From IMG/VR virus record IMGVR_UViG_3300007538_000001: 64,000 nt of DNA; one strand, given 5' to 3'. Position 1 is the stretch's first letter. Each line of letters starts with the position of its first letter. This DNA comes from an uncultured virus (IMG/VR IMGVR_UViG_3300007538_000001). Lineage: Duplodnaviria; Heunggongvirae; Uroviricota; Caudoviricetes; Crassvirales. The position numbers and the translations under genes were made by a program. Shown in pieces: positions 9,003 to 18,077 of this stretch. Under the pieces are notes generated by a model. It saw nothing but the letters and a program-made list of their open reading frames with translations. It was not told the DNA's origin and made no database searches.

Positions 9003-9746
9003 ATGGCAATATTTAATGTAACAACAGGAGGAAGTGTAAACCTACCTCCAACACAAGTAGGTGATATAACTATTGACTTAACGTTCAATGAGACTTACGT
9101 ATTTACAATAGCTGATTTCACAACTCTAACCACTCCAGTTTATTCTGACCCGGAAGGAGACAGCGTACAATCAGTTAAGATATTAACTCTTCCAGCTGTT
9201 GGAGGATTATTATTATCTGCTGTTGCGGTTACTGTTGGTCAAGAAATAGCTTTAGCTGACATAACAGGTGGAAACTTAACGTATGTTGCCGATGTAGCAC
9301 AAACGGCTGGATATACTGATTCAGCAATGACATTTAATATAGCTGATGATGGATCTGGTTCATATGGAGCAATAACTCCAGGAGTAGTTACATTTACAGC
9401 TGAAGCAGAGGTTAATCTTCCTCCAAGTTCAATAGGAAATCTTACAATAAACCTTGTTTACGGTGAGTTCCATGTATTTACAAGAGCTAATTTTACAACA
9501 GAAACAACACCAGCTTATGTTGATCCAGAGGGAGATCCCGCATTGAATTTAAAGATATTATCTTTACCTGCAACTGGAAATTTGAAATTAAGTGCAGTAA
9601 ATTGTACTGTAAATCAAGTTGTGCCATTTAGCTCTATTGATAGCGGACTTTTTACTTATGCTCCTAATGTGGCTATAACAACTGTACAAAATTTAACATT
9701 TGATTTTGCAATTGCTGACTCTGGTTCATTGCAATATTCATCATAA
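9003..9746 (+). CDS. Protein with two tandem cadherin-like domains (putative adhesin/appendage)
   Basis: Likely start is MAIFNV at ATG 9003. Internal duplication: NLPP..VG.ITI.L...E..VFT.A.FTT.TTP.Y.DPEGD....KIL.LPA.G.L.LSAV..TV.Q occurs twice. Confidence 0.7.
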   Translation: MAIFNVTTGGSVNLPPTQVGDITIDLTFNETYVFTIADFTTLTTPVYSDPEGDSVQSVKILTLPAVGGLLLSAVAVTVGQEIALADITGGNLTYVADVAQTAGYTDSAMTFNIADDGSGSYGAITPGVVTFTAEAEVNLPPSSIGNLTINLVYGEFHVFTRANFTTETTPAYVDPEGDPALNLKILSLPATGNLKLSAVNCTVNQVVPFSSIDSGLFTYAPNVAITTVQNLTFDFAIADSGSLQYSS

Positions 9747-9792
9747 TTGTTTATAACTAATTCTATGTATCAATAGTTTATGATACTATTTC

Positions 9793-9823
9793 TTGACTTA
9801 TATACATAAAATGCGTATATTTA
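9793..9823 (+). promoter_or_regulatory. Bacteroidota-type promoter, TTG-N20-TATATTTA
   Basis: TTG at 9793 and TATATTTA at 9816, resembling the TTG...TAnnTTTG host consensus. The same motif recurs at 17323, 45477 and 49971. Confidence 0.6.
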
Positions 9824-9845
9824 CAAAAATCAATATATATATTTT

Positions 9846-10949
9846 ATGAGTTCAGATATCAATAAAATTAAGGATTTTTTAGGGAGAAGAAACGGGTATT
9901 TAAAATGTGGCAATCAGAGGATTTCTGATGCATTAGACGTTGAATACGGAGGTTCCGGAACCTTTACCTTAGAAGATATTAAAAAAGCAAAAAAAGAGGT
10001 TAAAAAGCATCAGGCAGCTCCTGAGATTAAACCTCTAAAAACATTAAGTCAATCTCAAGAGAGTGAATTGAAAAAGCAACTTGAAGAGATGGCGCAAAAA
10101 ATGGGTTTAACTTTAAGCCCAGTGGTAAGTGCAAATAATGCGCCAACCACTTTATTAAAAAAGAAAGTTAATTTACATGCAGTGCAAACACCACCGTTGG
10201 CAAATCAGGTTGGAATGCACATTGTATTAGGATGTAATCACGTACCTTTCCATAATGTCAGAATGCATGAAGGCATTAAGGAATTATTAGCTGATTACAG
10301 AAGTGAAATAAAAGGGTTCCATTTAATTGGTGATTTTTTGGATATGAATACTCTGTCTTCTCATGATAAAGGAAGATTCACCGCAGTACCGGGTTTAACA
10401 CTTGACGATGAATACGAAGTTGGCAATGACATATTAGATGAATATGAGGCCATACTTCCAAAGAAAGTGTGGAAAACTTACCTTTATGGTAACCATGAGG
10501 ATAGGTATAACAGATGGATGAAAAATATGGACAACGCTAAGACACCATTAGATTCACCTACTGAAGCCTTAAGATTATGGGAAAGAGGGTTTAATGTGAA
10601 AGAGTCTTGGCAACAAGATTACTTTACGCTTGGAAAACATCTAGACATATTCCACGGAATATATTTCAATGTTCATTGCGCTAAAGCTCACATGGATAAA
10701 CTAAGAGGAAGTTGCATGTTTGCACACACTCATAGAATTCAGACCTACATAGAAGGTAACACTGGTAGTTTTAATATTGGTGCTTGCGCTGATTTTAATA
10801 GCAAAGCTTTTAATTATGCCAGTAGAGCAATGAAGTCACAATGGCAAAATGGTTTCTCGATAGTAATGATAGATTCAGACGGAACTTATCACACAACTCA
10901 AATCATATGTCAAGACGGAGGATTTTTCTTTGGTGGAAAGAAATATTAA
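9846..10949 (+). CDS. Calcineurin-like metallophosphoesterase with an N-terminal extension
   Basis: Metal-binding motifs (C/D)xH.P, GDFLD, GNHE, HG and HTH. Confidence 0.82.
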   Translation: MSSDINKIKDFLGRRNGYLKCGNQRISDALDVEYGGSGTFTLEDIKKAKKEVKKHQAAPEIKPLKTLSQSQESELKKQLEEMAQKMGLTLSPVVSANNAPTTLLKKKVNLHAVQTPPLANQVGMHIVLGCNHVPFHNVRMHEGIKELLADYRSEIKGFHLIGDFLDMNTLSSHDKGRFTAVPGLTLDDEYEVGNDILDEYEAILPKKVWKTYLYGNHEDRYNRWMKNMDNAKTPLDSPTEALRLWERGFNVKESWQQDYFTLGKHLDIFHGIYFNVHCAKAHMDKLRGSCMFAHTHRIQTYIEGNTGSFNIGACADFNSKAFNYASRAMKSQWQNGFSIVMIDSDGTYHTTQIICQDGGFFFGGKKY

Positions 10950-11246
10950 ATGGATAATGACGTAATAATAGGGTCAATAACAATACCATATAGCCTCTCA
11001 AATAATGAGAGGCTTTTGTGGTTAGAGGATTGGATATATGCTTCATCTGAAGGTTTGTTATGTAGACGTATAGTTGAACTTATATTTATACAAGAACATC
11101 ATATATCAGATTCTATAAAATATTTAATGGAATGCAAGAGGTGGATCTATATTGGCGGTAATGAATTTTACGCTCCTAATGGAACTATTGCTAGGTTCTT
11201 ATATGATGAAGAAGCTGACAAATTACTAAATGAAATAAGAAGATAA
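10950..11246 (+). CDS. Hypothetical protein
   Basis: 98-aa ORF abutting both neighbours; it contains an internal terminator-like hairpin. Confidence 0.45.
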   Translation: MDNDVIIGSITIPYSLSNNERLLWLEDWIYASSEGLLCRRIVELIFIQEHHISDSIKYLMECKRWIYIGGNEFYAPNGTIARFLYDEEADKLLNEIRR

Positions 11247-11929
11247 TGACAAAAAGAGAATTAGTCTATACAGTTTTTGAGAAACTTAAAATTAACAGTG
11301 ATGACATGGACATCTCTGAAGAATTAGTTTCCTTCCTTATAGATAGCAAAAGAGCAATGTTGCTTAAACAAAGATTTGACGCCAAGCCTTGGGCTATGCC
11401 AGTTGAAACTAAACAAGAATTATGCTTAAGTCTTGAAGTAGCTTCTGTTATTAATGGATATCCTTGCTTTGGAAGAATTTTAAGAACTACTGAAGCTTTA
11501 CCTTCTAGTATTAAGATTAAAGGAAAAGAGGGTCCAATGACTGTTAGGAAATATGACAGCTCGGCCATACATGTAAATATAATCCCATTAGAAAGAATAC
11601 CTTTCATTGGACACAATCACTTTACAGCTCAGATGATATACGGAACTGTTGATTATGATAATAAATTCTATTTAGTCTCAGGATCAAATAAGTTAAAGCT
11701 TATGACTGAAATTAAGATTGCTGACATATTTGAGAATCCTGATGATGCTCATGCATTAAAATGCACAGCTGCTAATGAAACAGCATGTGAAGCATGGGAT
11801 AGAGCATATCCGGTAGAATTATCAATGGTTGATGACATTGTAAAACTAGTTGTACAAGATTTATCAAGAACTTTAAGTATTCCTGATGATAGTACTAATG
11901 ACGCAGATGGAGAAAGAAAAGGACAATAG
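11246..11929 (+). CDS. Tail ring protein
   Basis: MT.RELVY.V...LKI.SDD...SEE...FLI..KRA.LLKQ N-terminus, typical of a crAss-like ring protein; synteny. Confidence 0.75.
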   Translation: MTKRELVYTVFEKLKINSDDMDISEELVSFLIDSKRAMLLKQRFDAKPWAMPVETKQELCLSLEVASVINGYPCFGRILRTTEALPSSIKIKGKEGPMTVRKYDSSAIHVNIIPLERIPFIGHNHFTAQMIYGTVDYDNKFYLVSGSNKLKLMTEIKIADIFENPDDAHALKCTAANETACEAWDRAYPVELSMVDDIVKLVVQDLSRTLSIPDDSTNDADGERKGQ

Positions 11930-12416
11930 AAGTCACATAGTAAAGGCTGACTACGGAACAAATGATTATTATAGATTCTATAAAAAGAAATATAGAACAG
12001 ATGTGTCTAGACTTATTTATGGTAAAATCATAAGAGAGTTTAATGAGCATACAAGAGACAGGTTATCTAGAAAAGGAGCAGGATATATTATTCCTAACGG
12101 ATTAGGAAAGATAGAACTACGTAAGATGAAAACTGAAGTTAAGATTGATGACGACGGTTCTATTATAAACCACCTTCCAACCAACTGGAAAGAAACAAGA
12201 AAACTTTGGAGTGAAAATCCAAAGGCAAGAGAAAAAAGAGTGAAAATTAAGTTTACCAATGAGCATACTGACGGTCATATGTTTAGAATTGTTTACTTAA
12301 GATCCAAAGCAACATATAAAAATAAAAGCGTATATAAGATGAGATTTAATAGAACAATGAAGAGAGATCTTTCTAAATCTATATTTCAGGGTCGTATTGA
12401 CGCATTCTTAAAATAA
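11907..12416 (+). CDS. IHF/HU-like basic DNA-binding protein of the crAss tail module
   Basis: Basic protein with IP.GLG.IELRK and P.NWKET.KLW segments, located between ring genes. The start is probably MEKEK at 11907. Confidence 0.65.
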   Translation: MEKEKDNRSHIVKADYGTNDYYRFYKKKYRTDVSRLIYGKIIREFNEHTRDRLSRKGAGYIIPNGLGKIELRKMKTEVKIDDDGSIINHLPTNWKETRKLWSENPKAREKRVKIKFTNEHTDGHMFRIVYLRSKATYKNKSVYKMRFNRTMKRDLSKSIFQGRIDAFLK

Positions 12417-12422
12417 CAAGAC

Positions 12423-13229
12423 ATGGCACAAACAGGTAGAGTAGTAAGTTTAAAAATAGTAGCTGATAGGCTAATGCAAAATCCAGTTCTTAAGGATCTT
12501 ACTTGGGAGTTTATTGTAGACAAAGCTGTTGAGGTTATGAGTTTACTTGACGCTCCTGCATTGTATATCTCTAAAGAAGATAATATAAAGATAGTAAATC
12601 ACAAGGGTAAGCTTCCGACTGATGTTATGCATGTTAACCAGGTATTTAAAGTTGGTTCAGTTCTAACAGGAACAGCATCATCAACAGGCCTAGATAACAA
12701 TTATTCAACAAGCGCCGCTACATCATCAACATCAACGTCTTCTAATTCAGGATACACACTAATACCATTAAGAACAGGAACTGATACTCTTCATGATCAC
12801 TATGGAAAGTTTAAGTCTGCTTCTACTGGATCAACTGGAGGACAAACATATTCATTGAATAGCAATAACATCTTTACTAATTTCGAATCAGGAACAGTGG
12901 TTATAGTTTACAAAGCTATTGCAACTGATGAAGAGTGTTATCCATTAGTAACAAACAATGCATCATTACTTAGATGTATTGAAAGCTATATAAAATACAG
13001 ATGGTTTGATATCTTAAATGATATGGATCAAATCTCTGATAGAAAATTCAACAAGGCTGAAGTGGACTATTGCGCAAACGTTGCTCAAGCAGACGCTAAT
13101 TTAAAATTACCTTCTGATGATGAAATGGAGACGCTAGTCAATCAAATAACTCAACTAATACCTTCTAGAACTCAATTCCAAGATAGATTTGCATTTCTAG
13201 GAGCACAAGAACACTTACGTATACACTAA
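12423..13229 (+). CDS. Tail tubular/ring protein (portal-proximal, P22 gp4-like)
   Basis: G.LP.D, I.TNF..G.V.I.YKAI.TDEE..PL and AQA.....PS.DEME segments; directly precedes the muzzle gene. Confidence 0.75.
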   Translation: MAQTGRVVSLKIVADRLMQNPVLKDLTWEFIVDKAVEVMSLLDAPALYISKEDNIKIVNHKGKLPTDVMHVNQVFKVGSVLTGTASSTGLDNNYSTSAATSSTSTSSNSGYTLIPLRTGTDTLHDHYGKFKSASTGSTGGQTYSLNSNNIFTNFESGTVVIVYKAIATDEECYPLVTNNASLLRCIESYIKYRWFDILNDMDQISDRKFNKAEVDYCANVAQADANLKLPSDDEMETLVNQITQLIPSRTQFQDRFAFLGAQEHLRIH

Positions 13230-13232
13230 GAT

Positions 13233-16200
13233 ATGATTAAGCAACAATTACTTGGTTATAAAGGTATGTCAAAAGACCTTGCTAAAAACAAGCAGTCTGA
13301 TAAATACTTTGATGCCAAAAACATAAGGATATTAGCTACTGATCAGCAATCATCATTCTCTGTAACAAATGAGCATGGTAATCAGCAGGTATTTACTATT
13401 CCTATTCCGGTATTTAATATTACTGATACACAGATTGATTATACTGTTGGAAGCACAACTAAGAGCTTAGAATATGCAACAGTGACATCTGTTATACCTA
13501 GATGTGATTTAGAATCTAATTATTATGGTTCTGCTGGACCTGTTAAAGTATCAGGAACACAAACTATAATTGGAGTTAAAGCCCTTAGGGATTCAGCTAT
13601 TATAGTATCAACTGACAATGCTGGGTTTGATTGCTTTTGGGAGTTAGTAAATGTTAACTCAGGTCAATTCGACTTGAACTTAATTTACATGAATGATCTT
13701 GGCTTAAGCACAAGTAATCTTGTTCAGATAGAATATAACTACGAAAATTCTGTTATACAAAAAATATATTTTGTAGATGGCAAGAATCAAATAAGAACAA
13801 TGAATATACGTCAGAGTATTGCTAATGGTGACTCTAAGAATTTAATTGATGTTCCTTCTACTTCTATTGATACCGTATCTACATTTGATTTATCACAACC
13901 TACTGTTAATAGCGTAGTGTCTGGTGGTAATCATACAGCAGGAATGATTCAATACGCTTATGGGTTATATATATTGAATGGATCTCAAACCACCATCTCT
14001 CCACTATCTGAACTTGTGTCTCTTGACAAAGGAGTGGGTCTTGGTGGAGGAGATGTTAATGAAAATGTTGGACGCGCTGTTATTGTCAACGTTCCTGATA
14101 TTGACACCTCATTTACTCACATTAGAATATATGCAATTAAATATACTTCATTCAATGAGGAGCCTGAGGTTTCACTTATTGCGGATAAGGAAATAGATAA
14201 TTTCTCAGAACTTACTTATTATGATGATGGATCACAAATAGAATCTGTTGGATTAGCTGCTTTTGTGTTTTTAGGATCAGATCCAATTATACCTAAACAT
14301 ATAGCTACAAAAGACAATAGATTGTTTCCTATTAATATTAAGGAAGATTCATTTGAATTTGATCTTGATACAAGATGTTATGGACATAATAGTGGTGGTA
14401 CAGCTGTTGTGTGGGAGAATGTTTATCTAAACACTTCTAATATTCTTGCTGGTAATTCATTAACTGTTGACGGAACTTACTCAAATGTTCCAGAGAGACA
14501 TGATGCAATAAATAAAGACTACTCTGTATACAAGTATCAAAAGAATGGTACTACATTAGGAGCTGAAGGGCCATACTTTAAGGTTGAGATTGATCAAAGT
14601 ACACTTACTGATGCACAAGCTGCTAATAAACAATTCCTTAAAGATAGAGAATTATACAGAATAGGTATTGAACTATATAATAGAAGAGGTCAAAAAAGTG
14701 AACCAAGTTGGATGTGTGATCTCTTAATTCCAGAGGGAAATTTAGAAGGAAACTACAACAAGCTTAAAGTAACTCTTAAGCCTGAATTTTATGTTTGGTT
14801 AAATGACAGTTCTAACTTTCCTACACCGGATTTTAAGCCTATTGGATATAAAGTGCTAAGAGCTGATAGAACAGCTACTGATAAAACTATACTTACACAG
14901 GGCATTGTTAATCCTATGATTGCTAATTATCAGCATACAAATAAGATTGTTTCATTGGCTCAAAGAAAAGACGCTGTTAATACAAACAAGTCTGACAAGA
15001 TGCCTGGGCCAATAAGAAAATTTCAAACATTACATCCTTTTACTAAATGCAGAGATTATGCTGAGACAGCTTGGGATGGTGATAATGATAGTACATTTAA
15101 TCAATTAGGAAGAGGAAGCAAGAGAGAAGGATTTAAGGCTCCGTCTTCTAAAGATTGGCGTGCTCAAAACTTCCAACACAGTAGACTTATGCAAATGTTC
15201 TCACCTGAGATATTGTTTGATCCTATTAGTATTGATTCATCTTACGAATTGTACACTGTTGGCGTTATGAAAGAAAGCTATTCGGCTAACTGGTCAACAG
15301 AAACTAACCCTACTTCAGGTAATCATAATGTTAACGCAAAATTCTTAAATGGAATTTCACCAGGAACAGCAGGTGTAACAATAAGCCCAATTGAAAGCAA
15401 TGCTAACTATTTAATGGATAATAGCTTCTTTGGCCCAACAAATAGTGATCATGATATAGCAACTCATCAAGTTTATAGAGAATTTACAGGAACATTCCAC
15501 AAAGCAACAGCTAGTGATACTGTTAGAAGAAATGAATTATATGGAACTCCAGAAATAACTGAAAGAGGAGCTGACTTTACTACTTACAATAATGATTTTA
15601 ATGTAAGATATTGTAATCATTATAGATCAATGCTTATTGATGATTGGAGGAGAAGTGATGCTGTAAATAACGATTGTGAAGTTCAAATACTTGGTCTTTC
15701 ATCTGAAGGAGCCAAGTGTGTTACACTTATGGAAGGGCCTGACGACAAATCTTACTCTTTAGCTAACAGAAAGCCAATTGAAACTATATACTCTGAGGCT
15801 GGAATAGGTCAAACAGATGGAGTTCTTGTATGTGAATTTGTTAAAGATAAGAACGCAAAATACATAGGATCTATTTATGGAGGTATGACATTTGAAGCTA
15901 AATCAATCAGTTCGTATATTGGAATTGGAACTTATAACCCAATATTAACAAATGGAGTGCTTATATCTTCACCTGGTGATACTTTTGTAAATACATTTAC
16001 ATTCACTAAGGTAGCTAAAACAGATCTTGAAGAAACATCTCAACAATACAATAGATGGTGTGAGATAGTTTCTGTTAAAGTTGAAACTACTGTTGATCTT
16101 AAAAACAGAAGTGATTTGTCATTATCTGAATGGGATAATAAGTATCAACCAAAATATGAGGATTACCAAAAGTACAATAGAGTTTATTCTCAACAACCTA

Positions 16201-17303
16201 CATTAGTTCAGAATTCTGAAACAGGGTTTAAGTCTAAGAAAATTCAAGAGTTTGATACTAGGATAATGGCCTCTAAAGAGAAAATACCTGGTGAATCTGT
16301 TGATAGTTGGACAGATTTCTTACAGAATGAGACTATGGACCTAGATGGTCAATATGGTCCAATTAACGCTGTAACAAATGCTGGTGATGAAATATACTGC
16401 TTACAAGATTCAGGTGTTGCTCACATATCTATTAACCCAAGAGTTCAAACAACTGGTGAAGATGGTGTAGCAATTGAATTAGGTACAGGTGGTATTCTTC
16501 ATGATTACCAATATGTAACAACTAAATCAGGATGTTTAAATAAATGGGGAGTAGTATCCACTCAAAATGGTTTCTACTATGTTGATATCTTAAACAAAGG
16601 TATCATACAATTTAATGGACAGATTAAAGGATTATCTGATCAAGAAGGATTCCATGCTGAATTTAACAATTCAATGATATACAATGATCTTGTTCAAGAC
16701 AATGTTGTATCAGCTTTTGGAGTGTCATCAGGATACAATAGTGTAAACAATGATGTTTACTTTTCTTTGAAAATGTCACAGGGAAGTTTTACAATTGCTT
16801 TCAATGAAGCTACCGGCAGTTTTGTTTCTTATTATGATTATATTCCCGCCTGGTATATAAATAAAGGGGCCCGAATGATCACTACAAATCCAAATACTAC
16901 TCAAGTGTGGGAACACTTCAAAGGTAAGAAGAATCACTTCTATGGTGTACATTATCCTTCTACAATAGAATTTAATGTAGCTCCTCAAGGAGGAAGAGAT
17001 GTTGTATTTAACAATGCATCATATAAGATGGAGATGACTAATACTTCAGGAACAGACTTACCTTCAGTAGGATTGACAAAAGTAAGAGTATACAATGACT
17101 ATCAAGATTCTGGTGAAGTTACACTAACTCTTCGTGATAACATGTTCAAGAAATTCAGACACTGGAAGGTTAATTTGCCTAGACACGCTGGGTCTCGAGA
17201 CAGAATGCGTAACCCATGGAGTTTCATAGAATTTACATTTGATAACACATCAGGAAACAATATGGTCTTACATGACATGACCATTCATTATACAGAGTAT
17301 TAA
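13233..17303 (+). CDS. Muzzle / tail stabilization protein (P22 gp10-like)
   Basis: 1356-aa beta-rich protein with GM.KDL..K...YFDA.NIRI start, FDTRI..S..K..GE..DSW..F and RDRMRNPW near the C-terminus. Confidence 0.85.
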   Translation: MIKQQLLGYKGMSKDLAKNKQSDKYFDAKNIRILATDQQSSFSVTNEHGNQQVFTIPIPVFNITDTQIDYTVGSTTKSLEYATVTSVIPRCDLESNYYGSAGPVKVSGTQTIIGVKALRDSAIIVSTDNAGFDCFWELVNVNSGQFDLNLIYMNDLGLSTSNLVQIEYNYENSVIQKIYFVDGKNQIRTMNIRQSIANGDSKNLIDVPSTSIDTVSTFDLSQPTVNSVVSGGNHTAGMIQYAYGLYILNGSQTTISPLSELVSLDKGVGLGGGDVNENVGRAVIVNVPDIDTSFTHIRIYAIKYTSFNEEPEVSLIADKEIDNFSELTYYDDGSQIESVGLAAFVFLGSDPIIPKHIATKDNRLFPINIKEDSFEFDLDTRCYGHNSGGTAVVWENVYLNTSNILAGNSLTVDGTYSNVPERHDAINKDYSVYKYQKNGTTLGAEGPYFKVEIDQSTLTDAQAANKQFLKDRELYRIGIELYNRRGQKSEPSWMCDLLIPEGNLEGNYNKLKVTLKPEFYVWLNDSSNFPTPDFKPIGYKVLRADRTATDKTILTQGIVNPMIANYQHTNKIVSLAQRKDAVNTNKSDKMPGPIRKFQTLHPFTKCRDYAETAWDGDNDSTFNQLGRGSKREGFKAPSSKDWRAQNFQHSRLMQMFSPEILFDPISIDSSYELYTVGVMKESYSANWSTETNPTSGNHNVNAKFLNGISPGTAGVTISPIESNANYLMDNSFFGPTNSDHDIATHQVYREFTGTFHKATASDTVRRNELYGTPEITERGADFTTYNNDFNVRYCNHYRSMLIDDWRRSDAVNNDCEVQILGLSSEGAKCVTLMEGPDDKSYSLANRKPIETIYSEAGIGQTDGVLVCEFVKDKNAKYIGSIYGGMTFEAKSISSYIGIGTYNPILTNGVLISSPGDTFVNTFTFTKVAKTDLEETSQQYNRWCEIVSVKVETTVDLKNRSDLSLSEWDNKYQPKYEDYQKYNRVYSQQPTLVQNSETGFKSKKIQEFDTRIMASKEKIPGESVDSWTDFLQNETMDLDGQYGPINAVTNAGDEIYCLQDSGVAHISINPRVQTTGEDGVAIELGTGGILHDYQYVTTKSGCLNKWGVVSTQNGFYYVDILNKGIIQFNGQIKGLSDQEGFHAEFNNSMIYNDLVQDNVVSAFGVSSGYNSVNNDVYFSLKMSQGSFTIAFNEATGSFVSYYDYIPAWYINKGARMITTNPNTTQVWEHFKGKKNHFYGVHYPSTIEFNVAPQGGRDVVFNNASYKMEMTNTSGTDLPSVGLTKVRVYNDYQDSGEVTLTLRDNMFKKFRHWKVNLPRHAGSRDRMRNPWSFIEFTFDNTSGNNMVLHDMTIHYTEY

Positions 17304-17322
17304 CTTTGTATGATAGTCAATA

Positions 17323-17353
17323 TTGACAATTAACGTCTTATTTCATATATTTA
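17323..17353 (+). promoter_or_regulatory. Bacteroidota-type promoter, TTG-N20-TATATTTA
   Basis: TTG at 17323 and TATATTTA at 17346, ending 7 nt before ATG 17361. Confidence 0.6.
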
Positions 17354-17360
17354 CAGTATA

Positions 17361-18077
17361 ATGGTAACAAGAGAAGAAAAAAAGGAAGCAAAAAAGAGAT
17401 GGTTTAAAGGTTTCTTTTGGTTAGGAGCATTAGGATTTTTAACATCTTGGTTTATGTTCTTCCCAGCTTGGTGGAGCAGGAAAAGAGGTGATAGGAGCAT
17501 GTTCTGGGGATGGATGGATGATTCAAGACTTGATGATAACACATCACACGGATATTCAATGGACTATTATTCTTTCTTATTGAGATACAATAAGACTAAA
17601 GAGGATATCTGGGTTGCTTACAAATGGCACAAAAGAAATGCTTGTTGGAATTTTAAAGAAAGACTTGGTGGAGGATTAGACACTTCTTTTCCTAATCATG
17701 TTGGAAATAATAACATCATTCCATTAGAAATTGAAATAGACAACCTTCATACGTATGATGGTACAAAGTTAAGACAAGATGGAGCTTGGGTAATAAAGGC
17801 TGGATTAAAGTATATTCCTCAGGATCCTTCAGAAGACATCTGGCAAGTAATGCAAGGTGACGAAATGTCAAAAAAGACTTCTATAATTGGAGAAGGATTA
17901 ATATGGTATAAAGTGCATGGTTCTGACTTGTTGTATTTCAGATACTCTGAGTGTAAGATTGTTGAATACAAAATATTCGGCATTACAATATGGAAAGGAT
18001 GGAGAACAATAGCTCAATCAACAGGAAAAACTATTGGTATGAACTTTAAACACCAGAAAATTAAACCCTGGAAATAA
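17361..18077 (+). CDS. Trp-rich membrane-associated hypothetical protein
   Basis: N-terminal hydrophobic helix (FFWLGALGFLTSWFMFFPAWW) and a Y.W..RN..WN segment; has its own promoter. Confidence 0.6.
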   Translation: MVTREEKKEAKKRWFKGFFWLGALGFLTSWFMFFPAWWSRKRGDRSMFWGWMDDSRLDDNTSHGYSMDYYSFLLRYNKTKEDIWVAYKWHKRNACWNFKERLGGGLDTSFPNHVGNNNIIPLEIEIDNLHTYDGTKLRQDGAWVIKAGLKYIPQDPSEDIWQVMQGDEMSKKTSIIGEGLIWYKVHGSDLLYFRYSECKIVEYKIFGITIWKGWRTIAQSTGKTIGMNFKHQKIKPWK

